This document shows positions 15,822 to 25,498 of a stretch of DNA of 36,850 bases, piece by piece. Origin of the DNA: a virus. Taxonomy: Duplodnaviria > Caudoviricetes. A program made the translations under genes and the position numbers. The notes beneath the pieces were generated by a model, which did not search any database, had not been told where the DNA came from, and saw nothing but the letters and a program-made list of their open reading frames with translations. The stretch covers positions 1 through 36,850 of the IMG/VR virus record IMGVR_UViG_3300025889_000368; one strand, given 5' to 3'. Position 1 is the first letter of the stretch. Every line of letters begins with the position of its first letter.

Positions 15822-15984
15822 CGTCGTCTATAAAAACAAGAGCGCCACACACAAGGCAGTAACCGTCGTCACCTACATCACTACCGCACTTATCGCAGTC
15901 CATGTAGAAACTGTCCATGTCCCACCCGCACATCCAACAGAAGCGCGCACTGTCCGCATTGGAACAACACCGAGGGCACAACAT
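15805..15984 (-). CDS. Double zinc-ribbon protein (59 aa)
   Basis: Not in the ORF track. MLCPRCCSNADSARFCWMCGWDMDSFYMDCDKCGSDVGDDGYCLVCGALVFIDDDETEP*; four CxxC pairs; ATG abuts the holin stop. Confidence 0.7.
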   Translation of the reverse strand: MLCPRCCSNADSARFCWMCGWDMDSFYMDCDKCGSDVGDDGYCLVCGALVFIDDDETEP

Positions 15985-16215
15985 TTATGGCCTGTTCTTG
16001 AAAACGTTTTCTAGTCCAGCAATGCCGAACGAGCCTAGTGTGATGATTAGGAATGAGTTGTACACAAACTCTTTGATCTCCAACTCATAGCCAAATATAC
16101 CCGAACCAATGTCTATAATACCAGTAATAACCATCATCGCAAAAGAAAGAAATCCGATAATAGTTTTTTCATTCCAGCTATTGTCGTCCCGGAAAATAGA
16201 CCAAATATCTTTCAT
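15985..16215 (-). CDS. Holin-like two-TM membrane protein
   Basis: 76 aa, two hydrophobic segments, basic C-terminus, next to the putative endolysin. Confidence 0.65.
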   Translation of the reverse strand: MKDIWSIFRDDNSWNEKTIIGFLSFAMMVITGIIDIGSGIFGYELEIKEFVYNSFLIITLGSFGIAGLENVFKNRP

Positions 16216-16598
16216 GTGTGTGCAGGATCAGAGATAATAAGGGCGTGAAAGTCTTTGCCCTTCAGGGAGTCCATGTACTTGCGATGAGCCTTTTTGGAAC
16301 CCCACACGGCGAGCTTGCCGTCTTCGGTTTCCCCACGCGAGCCACCGGGGGCGATGCACCCCTCTAGCTGACGAGCGTAGTTGGCACCGTGGACAAGGAT
16401 GCGACTACGACTGGGCACGATAACCTCGAATGTTTCGTAGTTACCCCTGTGGTACCAGTCGCGCTTGCAAGTGTACTCCCCGGCAGGAATAATTTTTTCT
16501 GCGTTTTCTATTGTCCACATGGTCAGGCCGTCTTCGTTGTACATCTTGCCCCAGACAGCATCGCCTTTGGTCTTTTCTCGTTCGAGAAACCATTTCAT
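16212..16598 (-). CDS. DUF5675-type putative endolysin (L,D-transpeptidase-like His/Cys)
   Basis: TIE....IPAGEY, ILVHGAN....LEGCIAPG. Confidence 0.75.
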   Translation of the reverse strand: MKWFLEREKTKGDAVWGKMYNEDGLTMWTIENAEKIIPAGEYTCKRDWYHRGNYETFEVIVPSRSRILVHGANYARQLEGCIAPGGSRGETEDGKLAVWGSKKAHRKYMDSLKGKDFHALIISDPAHT

Positions 16599-19500
16599 TA
16601 TCTGACCACGTTATTAATACGGACGAGTACTTCGGAACCTAAACGCCTACCGCGCTCATTAAGTTCATCCAGCCTTCTTCTTTTTTGTTCGTCAGAAAGT
16701 GTTTCGCTTTCAGCCACTTCATTTCTTTCTGCGCGAAGACTTCTCATTCTGCCGTAATAACTTTTCAGGCTACGGGAAATAGCAAGCTCGTCTTGAAACC
16801 TATCCCTGTAGTACTCAATACGCTGTCTGGGCAAACCCTCTTGCTGCATGCGTCTAAAGTCGGCTGCCCTATCGGATGCCCTTTTAAGGATGTTGTATGC
16901 TTGGTATTCGATCTGCCCCACATCCTGACTTAGTGTATTGAATCTTGCAGAGCCCAGAACACGCTGCACTCTTTCTGCATTTGGGTACCGAGAAAGCGGC
17001 GTAGCCCTACCTTGGGCGGCTCCAATTGCATCGTATGCGTCCATGGATCGTCTTGCCGTTGTGCCACCAAGGCTATTCAAAAGCGCCTGAACCCTGAGCG
17101 GAGATATGACGCCTCCGGGTATCGCATTAGCAATATCCTTAGATAGTGTAGATGTTCTGGATGTCTGCCTTCTCGACGGATCTCTAGTCTTTAAGTACTG
17201 TGGCTCAATATCTCTGTAAAGAAATAGGTCCTTGTTAATTACTTGCTCAATAAGTGGTTGTATCGCAGCAGGAATAGGCAGGGCACCAGTAGCCGCTGAC
17301 TTTGCAAAATCTTCTGCGCTGTCAAGGACATCGCGCAAAAGCATCTTCTTGTCTGAAGCATTTTTAACAGGAGAGGCTGACTCGATTCTCCCGGATTGAG
17401 CGAGTGCATCAAGCCCTCTTTCAAACAGAGAGCCAAACGCATAACCAAGCTCAAACGGTTTAGGAATAAACCAAAACCCACCTTCATCCTTGGGTACGAC
17501 CCAAAAAAGATTTCTTTTATAAAGGTCTAGATCCCAGTACTCAGGGTTATCTTTGTTGATGTTCCATAGGGCGACTGTTGGGGCAGTAATGGTGGCCCCA
17601 AGAGCAAGGATGGCTTGTGACGCCTGCGCCGCCTTCTGTAGTACTGTTGGGTCCGTCAGGTCGTCGGTTGCTTTAATGATATCGCCCGACATTATCCTCG
17701 TGAGCTTGTCCCAACTCTGCAATGAGGCATTGAGGAACGGCGTGATGCTTCCATAGTCCTTGACCGTCTTGAGGTTTCCTTTTTTCTGAAAGGGAAGGGT
17801 AACATCGGCAGACGCTAGAATTGATCTTTCGCTTGTAGCACCCTCTTTCATCAACTGCTTCGCCATTGCCAATCTTGCAGCATTTTCTGCTGCCATACCA
17901 AAAAACTTTAGTGCATCAAAAAAGTTTTTTGGAAAAGAAATAATCGACGCTTTTTCCTCTGGGGACATCCGTGCGTTGATAATTTTTGTGAGTTCTTCTT
18001 GGGTGTTTATTAGACCAGCCTTCACGCCACCCATTTGCCGGAATAATTCAAACGCTCTTGGGTCGCCAAACCCAAGATCCTTGAGCAAGACATCTTGAAT
18101 TTCAGCAACTGCGCCGGAAGTGTTTCGTGCAAACCCGGCGTTTTGCCACCTAAATATGGACGTCATCGCATCTGCGATCTCCATTGTCGGTCTGGCAAGA
18201 GTTCCACCAGAAACGCCAAGCATGGCTCCGGTCAGGGCACCCCCAAGTCGGTCTTCCTCATCCAGTACTGCCCCGGCAACAGCACCTACACCGGCACCGG
18301 CACCGGCCTCAAGCGCGGCAGGGGCTCCGCGCTGCACAGCCCTTTGTGCCGCATAAAGCGGAAGGTCGCGACCAAGAGCCATAACACTAAAGTCTGGCAG
18401 AAGCGTAATGAACTGACGCTTTAGGTTGGCAACTTGCTGCATGATCTTCATTACTCGACCAGCCGAAGCTTGGTCTACTTGAGTAATGCCATCGAATAGA
18501 TCGTTGTCGAAAACCTCAAAGTGCCTGACTACCCTCTCGCCCGTGGCCTCGTCTATCACTCTAGCTGAAACAACTCTGCCGCCAGCTTTCCGTGACTCTT
18601 CCGCCGCTTCGTCGCCCAAGAGTTTGATTATAGGGCGACCCGCAGAGTCTACCCACTGACCCCCATGATCTATCAGGGAGCCATAGAAAATATCATTTAC
18701 ACTTTGTTTTTGCTGGTTGCCAAACGTGTCCAGTGTGTCCTGAAAGGCGACGGAAATTGGGTCGTTTAGTTTTTTGCCGGTTGTGTTTGCGTTTCTTCTG
18801 CTTAGGGGTTGTTCGATTTTCTTTGGTGCAAATCTGTTCGTGGCGTCCCCTGCACGCGGGCCCTTAGAAACAAATTCACTGGGATGCAAGCGCAATGGGC
18901 TATAGAAATCCCTTGTACCTCTCAAGTCGCTTAGGCTAAGGGCAGGGTTTAGGTTTACTAGCTTGCTAAAATATTCCTGTAGCTCGTCGGACCCTTTCAT
19001 TAGTACCGGATCTGCCTCAACAATCCGAACTTTTTCAGCAGCCTCGTCAAACAATTGGCCTGTAGATCCGTACTTTACATACTCTTCATAGTCAGAAATT
19101 TTTTGTTCTATCTGTTTTATTCTGGTTTTATCCGCTTTTGACAGATTTTTTTTAGCTTTCAGCGTTGCGAGTTTCTGCTGTTCTTTCGGCAGATCCGCTA
19201 TGGTTTGCTGCCTCGCTGCCCAATCCGCCCTAATTTGAGCAGCCTGACCAACCTCTTTAAGATTGTTTTTATAACGAGCAAGGATTGGCCCCATATTGGC
19301 AGAGAAGTACTGGCTTGCCTTACTTGACGCACCCTCTAGCCCAGAGATTGCATCCCGAAATTTATATGCAGCTTTCTTGTCACCAGATGTAAGTATTGCA
19401 CGATACGCGGCTTCATCTTGATTGGTGAGCTTGGATCTCCATCTCTGTAAAAGAGTAAGAAATTGCGGGCTATTTGTTTTTGGTGGCGCATCGCCACTCA

Positions 19501-20155
19501 AATTAAAGTCACCCAGCCTCCCTGCTGCGTCCGTTTTGGGTAAAGCTGCTCGCCCACCAAACGCCAACGCTCCCAAACCTGTTCCAACAAACTCTAGTGC
19601 AATCTCTGACGACAAGGGGTTGCCGGTTTCTTCGGCGTATGCAAACGCTCTGGGGACATTCACAGGCGCTTCCGCAGCCAAGGCTGCCCCTACCTGACGC
19701 GCCCTGCTGGCACCGACAGCTCTCTGGATAGCTTCAAGTTGAGGGCGAGCATACTTCATCATTGCGAGTCTGCCCAAGCCCAGAGAGCCTATGGTTGTTA
19801 GCGCCTCCCCTACAACCCTGCCACCAATCCTTCCGACCGTACCCGCAGTGCCAGATGGGGCCAATATTTCCTCAAGAGAAGATTCTACATTTTGAGAAAA
19901 TTCTTTGAGTCCTGTAGCTGGAGCCTCAAGGGCTTCTGGCAGGATTGCTTCACCCAGAAGGCCCAACCCTTCACCAAGGCTTGTTGCGGCCTGAGACAAA
20001 CCAAAGGCTGCTCCGGCTGCGGTCTCACCAAGAACGCCACGGTCTTCATTAGATCCACCGCGCATACCGGCAGCAATCTGTGATACGGCCTGACCGTGTG
20101 TTAGCCCGGACGAACGAAGCTCTTCGTACCGTCTCCTGATTTCTTGCTCATCCAT
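16598..20155 (-). CDS. Large internal virion / ejection protein with LPD38 domain
   Basis: 1185 aa, helical. C-terminal PFLNASLQ...NPEYWDL..YKRNLFWVVP....FIPKPFELG...ER matches the large polyvalent protein-associated domain LPD38. Confidence 0.75.
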   Translation of the reverse strand: MDEQEIRRRYEELRSSGLTHGQAVSQIAAGMRGGSNEDRGVLGETAAGAAFGLSQAATSLGEGLGLLGEAILPEALEAPATGLKEFSQNVESSLEEILAPSGTAGTVGRIGGRVVGEALTTIGSLGLGRLAMMKYARPQLEAIQRAVGASRARQVGAALAAEAPVNVPRAFAYAEETGNPLSSEIALEFVGTGLGALAFGGRAALPKTDAAGRLGDFNLSGDAPPKTNSPQFLTLLQRWRSKLTNQDEAAYRAILTSGDKKAAYKFRDAISGLEGASSKASQYFSANMGPILARYKNNLKEVGQAAQIRADWAARQQTIADLPKEQQKLATLKAKKNLSKADKTRIKQIEQKISDYEEYVKYGSTGQLFDEAAEKVRIVEADPVLMKGSDELQEYFSKLVNLNPALSLSDLRGTRDFYSPLRLHPSEFVSKGPRAGDATNRFAPKKIEQPLSRRNANTTGKKLNDPISVAFQDTLDTFGNQQKQSVNDIFYGSLIDHGGQWVDSAGRPIIKLLGDEAAEESRKAGGRVVSARVIDEATGERVVRHFEVFDNDLFDGITQVDQASAGRVMKIMQQVANLKRQFITLLPDFSVMALGRDLPLYAAQRAVQRGAPAALEAGAGAGVGAVAGAVLDEEDRLGGALTGAMLGVSGGTLARPTMEIADAMTSIFRWQNAGFARNTSGAVAEIQDVLLKDLGFGDPRAFELFRQMGGVKAGLINTQEELTKIINARMSPEEKASIISFPKNFFDALKFFGMAAENAARLAMAKQLMKEGATSERSILASADVTLPFQKKGNLKTVKDYGSITPFLNASLQSWDKLTRIMSGDIIKATDDLTDPTVLQKAAQASQAILALGATITAPTVALWNINKDNPEYWDLDLYKRNLFWVVPKDEGGFWFIPKPFELGYAFGSLFERGLDALAQSGRIESASPVKNASDKKMLLRDVLDSAEDFAKSAATGALPIPAAIQPLIEQVINKDLFLYRDIEPQYLKTRDPSRRQTSRTSTLSKDIANAIPGGVISPLRVQALLNSLGGTTARRSMDAYDAIGAAQGRATPLSRYPNAERVQRVLGSARFNTLSQDVGQIEYQAYNILKRASDRAADFRRMQQEGLPRQRIEYYRDRFQDELAISRSLKSYYGRMRSLRAERNEVAESETLSDEQKRRRLDELNERGRRLGSEVLVRINNVVR

Positions 20156-20158
20156 GGA

Positions 20159-21805
20159 CTAAAATTCTATTTGATAGGTGTTCTTCAATAAGCCGCCATT
20201 TGCTGCCCCCTGAAGGCCGCCATTTGCTTTCCTCTGAAGAGTTTCTTCAACCCTAAACTCTTGTGCCAAATCTGGTTTTTCGATCAGTATGTACTGCGTA
20301 ACAATATCCCTGAGCCTTTCGGGAGTATAACCAAGAGCCGCAGCCGCTTCGGAATACACATCTACAATTCCGTCTCTAATATCTATCACATTGTCCGGAT
20401 TTTCTGAGGAGATATTGCTGACGCTTTCTGCTATGGCACTAAGTAGGCGGTTTCTTCCTTCTATAGATGCGGTTTCTGTTGCTTGTCTTGGTGCAATGCC
20501 AAGCATCACGGACGCCATCAAACGCTCCGACTCATCTTCAGAGTTAAGCATCTCTGCAAACCGAAGTTTTTCTTCAGTCAGACGCTGCCTCTGAACCTCT
20601 TGGTAATCGCGCTCGTCTTCAACCATGGCCCTTTCCATGAGTGCTTCCTGCTCTGCACGGGAAAGTCCCGCTTCCTGAGCAAGTGCAGCCATCTCCATGG
20701 CTCTTGACTCATCCATGATACCTTCACGCCGCCCACGCTGTGCGGTCTGAAGTTCACGCAGGGGTTCACCGGCAGTCGGCACCTGACCACGCGCCATGGC
20801 ACGAGCGACGTTGCTCAAAATATTTGCTTGAGCAGAAAGTCTATCAGACTCTGTATCAATACGAGACTCAAGAGACTGAGCGTCTGCACGGGCACGGTCG
20901 AGTACAGCCCGTTCTTCTGGGGTCATCTGAAAGTACTGGCTGAGATCTAGTTCCTGCCGCTGCACTGCCGGTGCCTGCATAGAAGCAACGAGGGAAGGAA
21001 TGCCCCGGTCTTCCTGCCGCTGTTCCGGTTGCGCCAGAAATTGCTGCAACATCTCTTGCGTAGTATTAGGCAACGAATGACGACCTAGTTCGTCATGCTT
21101 GCCATAATACGCTTCAGATCCACTAATAGCAGGATCATAACTATATCTTTGCGGCAACGACTCTTCTTGAGGTTCCATGTCGGGTATGCCCCAAGTTGGA
21201 ACCCCGTAGACATAACTTCGCTCCGATGGGGTAAAAAGATCCTTGACGAAATCTGTGGTGCTATTAAAAAGGTCTCGGCTCTTTATGTTAAAGGCATCCT
21301 GATAACCCATCATCTTATCGGCCGGAGACCCCGGCAGCACCCACTCTGGTCGCTCGCCAACCAAACGATATCCTTCAACTCCGTAATGGCGACCACGCGA
21401 GTCATGGGGATGAAACGGTATGTCGCCGCCTTCGTGATACCCAACAAGCCCACCATCAGCCATGGGCTGCGGCATGGGGCTTTGCATCATCATCTGCTGC
21501 TGCATCATCTGCTCTGGGCTCATATCCATCATGGCCTGTTGAGCAAACATTTCCTGTTCAGGAGACAATTGCTGGGGGATAGAGCCAATGCCCGAGAGTG
21601 CCCGTTCGATCAACCTGTCGTGGACAGTGTTCGTGGGCTGCTGTGCCTTGCGAGACTGGTACGCATTACGCTCCTGCTCACGCCTAACCATTTCCTGCTG
21701 GATGAGGTATGCAGGAAACATGTTGGGCATCTGAGCTTCCTGTAGAAGCCGCTCGTCAGAAAGCGACTCTACTTCGCGCTGCAACTGTAGGATATTAGGG
21801 GGCAT
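20159..21805 (-). CDS. Internal virion protein (Q/M/E-rich)
   Basis: Probable start ATG 21805 (SD GGAGG); low-complexity helical sequence; MADGG, YHEGG and ANGG motifs. Confidence 0.65.
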   Translation of the reverse strand: MPPNILQLQREVESLSDERLLQEAQMPNMFPAYLIQQEMVRREQERNAYQSRKAQQPTNTVHDRLIERALSGIGSIPQQLSPEQEMFAQQAMMDMSPEQMMQQQMMMQSPMPQPMADGGLVGYHEGGDIPFHPHDSRGRHYGVEGYRLVGERPEWVLPGSPADKMMGYQDAFNIKSRDLFNSTTDFVKDLFTPSERSYVYGVPTWGIPDMEPQEESLPQRYSYDPAISGSEAYYGKHDELGRHSLPNTTQEMLQQFLAQPEQRQEDRGIPSLVASMQAPAVQRQELDLSQYFQMTPEERAVLDRARADAQSLESRIDTESDRLSAQANILSNVARAMARGQVPTAGEPLRELQTAQRGRREGIMDESRAMEMAALAQEAGLSRAEQEALMERAMVEDERDYQEVQRQRLTEEKLRFAEMLNSEDESERLMASVMLGIAPRQATETASIEGRNRLLSAIAESVSNISSENPDNVIDIRDGIVDVYSEAAAALGYTPERLRDIVTQYILIEKPDLAQEFRVEETLQRKANGGLQGAANGGLLKNTYQIEF

Positions 21806-22830
21806 CAGATATCCTCCGTCCACGATACGGAAGCGTTCCCACTATTGTCTCCACCCATTCTGCTTCTCATGTAATCTTCAAAAAAATTTCTGTCCCGCTC
21901 GCCTCGTTGGTACTCCCGATATGTACCAAGACCACCAAGTAGAGTTGGGACAATGGAACCAAAGAATCCCTGACCCTGCGTAGGCATAGCCTGCGTATCT
22001 CCACGGTACGGAAGCGCCCCCATGACCCCTAGCTGTGCCTGAAGATTCTGATAAGGCATCATAAACTGCTGCTGCCCAGCCTGACCAAGCATGCCAAGGC
22101 GCTCCATCTGCTCTCTCTGCTGCTGGCCACCAAGAGAGGCAAGGCCACCAGCCATCTGCATCTGTCGATTAAACGCATCGGCATATGCGCGGGCTCCAAG
22201 GTCTTCGATCTGCTGCCTTGCACCCTGCCTAACCGCCTGTTCACCGAGGCCGTGGCGACCGCTGCCAAACGCTCCCGCCAATGCGGCCTGAGAGCCAATG
22301 TTCTGAAGCTGCCCGGCCTCTTGCTGCCGGATCATGCGCTCCTGTAGCGACACCTGTGGGTCAATAAAGCCCTGCGCCCCACCTGTCATTGTCTGGTATG
22401 CATCAAGGGTGGCCTGTGGCCCCTGACCCATCCCATAAATCTGCATTCCCTGAAGTGCAGCCTGTTGCATTGGGGTTCCGTATGGGAACATCTGCCCATA
22501 TTGCTGCGCCTGACCCGCAACACCCGATGCCCATGGAGCAATCTCTGGGGCAACGCCGTAGCTGTACGTCATACCTCCTTCTTGGTACGACGGAGGACCC
22601 ATAGGAAGCCTTCTGGCCTCGCGACCATCTTGATCGGCCATGCGCTGTGCCCGGAGCAACAGTGCAGCGATACCACGACGACCTTCTGGGTTAACGTCAG
22701 GATAGTTTGTCTGACGAATCTTTCCTGCATCAGCAGCCTGACTCATTACATAATGAGCAATGTCACGAGCCTGTCTGGCTTGGCGGGGTGTCATCATGCC
22801 GCCTTCTTGGTATGACTTCATTTCATTCAT
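21805..22830 (-). CDS. Internal virion / DNA-pilot-like protein
   Basis: Q/G/A-rich; AGAFGSGRHG motif; two YQEGG motifs. Confidence 0.65.
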   Translation of the reverse strand: MNEMKSYQEGGMMTPRQARQARDIAHYVMSQAADAGKIRQTNYPDVNPEGRRGIAALLLRAQRMADQDGREARRLPMGPPSYQEGGMTYSYGVAPEIAPWASGVAGQAQQYGQMFPYGTPMQQAALQGMQIYGMGQGPQATLDAYQTMTGGAQGFIDPQVSLQERMIRQQEAGQLQNIGSQAALAGAFGSGRHGLGEQAVRQGARQQIEDLGARAYADAFNRQMQMAGGLASLGGQQQREQMERLGMLGQAGQQQFMMPYQNLQAQLGVMGALPYRGDTQAMPTQGQGFFGSIVPTLLGGLGTYREYQRGERDRNFFEDYMRSRMGGDNSGNASVSWTEDI

Positions 22831-23963
22831 CGGGCAGACAATTCCAAAGGCTTCTGTGTGTCCATATTGTCTAGCATGGAAGCCAGACCCTTAAGTCTTT
22901 TGGCACCTTCTTTTGCATCACCGCCACCAACCTTACGAACCTGTCGTGCGGTGAGTACATATTCGTTAGGGGCGATAGCGGCACCAATCTTTACAGGCCC
23001 ACCGTTAGCAAGGTTTTGCTTGAACTGCATCTCGACCATTCTGTCCGTTTCAACTTCTTCAGAAAGGTCGCCACCAGATGTGGACAGTTCTTCAGCGAAA
23101 CGAACCACAAAGTCTTCGCCAAAGTTTTCCACAGCCAGTAAAATAATTTCTTGAGCCCAGCTTTCTTCCATGTTCATCAAGGCTTCCTTAAGCATCTGAA
23201 ACATTTCTACAATGTCAGCAGATATTTCGGAAGAATCTGGCTTTGTAACTCCTACGCGGTCATCAACTGCACCACTGCTTTCGGGCATGCCGTCTTCTGT
23301 GGGCGGGATAAACCCTTCAAACGGAATGTCCACCATGCCACCCTGTGCGTACATCTTCATTCTGGGTGTTTCGTTTTCGCGGCCAAGCTGGGGGCCAGAC
23401 CTTTCGGACCCACTGTCGCCGTATGAGCCACGGCTGGGCGAGCCACCCTGCATAGGCTGACTGTATGTTCCCTGCCTCATGGGAGTGTACTGACCGGGGA
23501 AGCCGTACATGGACTGCATGTTCCCCAGAAAGTTTTGGTATGGAGCAGGCATGCCCATCCCAAAGCCACCACCATACGGATTAAACATGGATGCAGTAGG
23601 CGCGTACTGCGGCATAAACTGAGGTGGCTGTTGCCGGTTGCCTCTTAGCGCTCGTATCCCTGCCATGGCGGTCGGAATTGCAATGGCGCTAACCAGTGGG
23701 TTAGAAAGAAAATTGGCCGTAGACTGCAAGCCGCCCATAAACCCGCCAGAACCTTGGCCGCTAGTTGCTTGAGGTCCACGTGAATCAATCTTGCTGGCAC
23801 CCCAACCTGAGGCCATCGCTATTGGCGCTGCGAATACTTGGTGTGGCCCCGGAATCATAGAGGCTGCGCCAGCCACTTTTGAAAGACCCTTTAAGAAGCC
23901 GCCCCAGAAGTAACCCGGAAGTGTCGTAATTCCACCGCCAGCATAATTATTTTCGTACATCAT
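22827..23963 (-). CDS. Internal virion protein with GG motifs and a C-terminal EYVL.A..V...GGG domain
   Basis: YAGGG, YFWGG, YAQGG, LANGG; C-terminal IAPNEYVLTARQVRKVGGGDAKEGAKRL. Confidence 0.65.
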   Translation of the reverse strand: MMYENNYAGGGITTLPGYFWGGFLKGLSKVAGAASMIPGPHQVFAAPIAMASGWGASKIDSRGPQATSGQGSGGFMGGLQSTANFLSNPLVSAIAIPTAMAGIRALRGNRQQPPQFMPQYAPTASMFNPYGGGFGMGMPAPYQNFLGNMQSMYGFPGQYTPMRQGTYSQPMQGGSPSRGSYGDSGSERSGPQLGRENETPRMKMYAQGGMVDIPFEGFIPPTEDGMPESSGAVDDRVGVTKPDSSEISADIVEMFQMLKEALMNMEESWAQEIILLAVENFGEDFVVRFAEELSTSGGDLSEEVETDRMVEMQFKQNLANGGPVKIGAAIAPNEYVLTARQVRKVGGGDAKEGAKRLKGLASMLDNMDTQKPLELSAR

Positions 23964-24943
23964 CTGCTCGCTTCAATCATGCGCCTGATTTCACGTTCGC
24001 TCAGTGTGGTAGCGGGCCGAAGCTCATAGGGCAGATCCTGCCATGTGCCCATGACCCCGGGAGTGTGGGACTTAACAAACTGTCGGCGCATCTCAGGCTT
24101 ACGCCGCAGTTCTGCCATGACAATATCCTGAACCGGAACACCCATGTCCGCCCGTCTGGTATTCTCAACAAGAGTTGTGGGCATAAGATCACGCATCCGC
24201 TCGACTACGGGTCTGGGGCGTGGAATGGGGCTTGGGCTTGGCGAGACCTCAACAGGAAGTGGTGGTTGGGCTTGACCGCGAATTGGTGAGGCTTCAGGTG
24301 CAACAGGGGCCTCTTCTCCACCAAAAATCTGATCGAGTGCAAGTGCGCCTGCGCCGCCGCCAATGAGCCACGGAAGAAGATTTCTACCCATTGAGCCAGA
24401 CGCAGCGCCTGTGCCCGCAGCAGCCGGAATACTTGCAATACCTCTGGGCGCCATTTGTGCGGCAGCCATTGGATTACGCACTACGACAGACGTTCCTGTT
24501 GTAGGAGACATGGAGGTCTGCGCCCTCGGGCCAACCGACGTACCTGTCGTCCTGCTAACCTCTACGGGTGGACGCCTAACAAGTGCAGTGCCGGGGCCGG
24601 TTCCCTGCCCAACCCTGACTGCTTCATTGGGCTGTCTTACGCTCCGAAAATAATTCCTAAACATTTGGGGGTTTTCCGCAACCATCCTCTTCTGTGCGGA
24701 AGTAAGGCCCTGAGTGAGACGATTCCAAGTCGACCCCCCCTGCTTCAGCACCTTGCCAGAGGCAAGCCACCGGACAAGATCAGGGGCTCTACGTGCAATA
24801 GATCCAATAGATCGCGCTGTAGCTGGAAGAGATGCAATACCCGAACCCGAGAGACCAATGGGAGGTGCAGACAATAGCACAACATCATCAGGAAGCTCAG
24901 GGCCAGCAGCAATACGGCGCAAAAATTCAATAATTTCATCCAT
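23960..24943 (-). CDS. Hypothetical virion-region protein (P/R/A-rich)
   Basis: In the structural operon, translationally coupled at both ends. Confidence 0.6.
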   Translation of the reverse strand: MDEIIEFLRRIAAGPELPDDVVLLSAPPIGLSGSGIASLPATARSIGSIARRAPDLVRWLASGKVLKQGGSTWNRLTQGLTSAQKRMVAENPQMFRNYFRSVRQPNEAVRVGQGTGPGTALVRRPPVEVSRTTGTSVGPRAQTSMSPTTGTSVVVRNPMAAAQMAPRGIASIPAAAGTGAASGSMGRNLLPWLIGGGAGALALDQIFGGEEAPVAPEASPIRGQAQPPLPVEVSPSPSPIPRPRPVVERMRDLMPTTLVENTRRADMGVPVQDIVMAELRRKPEMRRQFVKSHTPGVMGTWQDLPYELRPATTLSEREIRRMIEASR

Positions 24944-25302
24944 TATACTGTCTCCACTCCGAACACGCTAAATACGACATCAGGTCCATTGGTCTGCACT
25001 TCTATAGCATCACCATCGTTAAGGGTGATGCCAGCTACAATGACTGCATTTCCTGTTGATGACAAAGATTTGCCGTAAGCAATATAGTGTTTTAGTTCTC
25101 TAGGTGCCCGATTAGGTCTAATCGCAATATAGTAAGCGTGATTCCCGCTGCCAGCATGGCAAACAACGATGCTGCTTACAGTGGTCTGGGCTCCATCTGG
25201 CACCGTGTAGATAATGCTTTCTGAGGTCGCCCCCTCTGGTGTCGGGCTCACTGACGCAGATCCGGGCCGCAACTGCCCAAGCACCTTGAATGTGTCAGAC
25301 AT
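24943..25302 (-). CDS. Small beta-rich virion structural protein
   Basis: Probable start ATG 25302; FKVLGQ..P...IYTVP...TVSSIVVC...LNDGD.I.V...FSVFG.E, a pattern common in podovirus tail regions. Confidence 0.7.
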   Translation of the reverse strand: MSDTFKVLGQLRPGSASVSPTPEGATSESIIYTVPDGAQTTVSSIVVCHAGSGNHAYYIAIRPNRAPRELKHYIAYGKSLSSTGNAVIVAGITLNDGDAIEVQTNGPDVVFSVFGVETV

Positions 25303-25498
25303 TAGATGCACCCATAAACAAGAACTGGTACTTCCTCATCGTCTTAGAGATGCTTGACGATTCAGCAGACTCAAGATTGTTCACATCTGTAGCTACATCT
25401 TTGAAGTTCTGCTCTACGGTGCGACGGAATGTCTGTTCTTCTTGGGGGCCATATTGCTGCGGGGCTCCGGGCAACGGTAAATAAGTTTTTTGGGTCAT
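25295..25498 (-). CDS. Small virion-associated protein
   Basis: LPLP.AP..Y..... pattern typical of the gene after the nozzle/stabilisation gene; overlapping start and stop. Confidence 0.6.
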   Translation of the reverse strand: MTQKTYLPLPGAPQQYGPQEEQTFRRTVEQNFKDVATDVNNLESAESSSISKTMRKYQFLFMGASNV

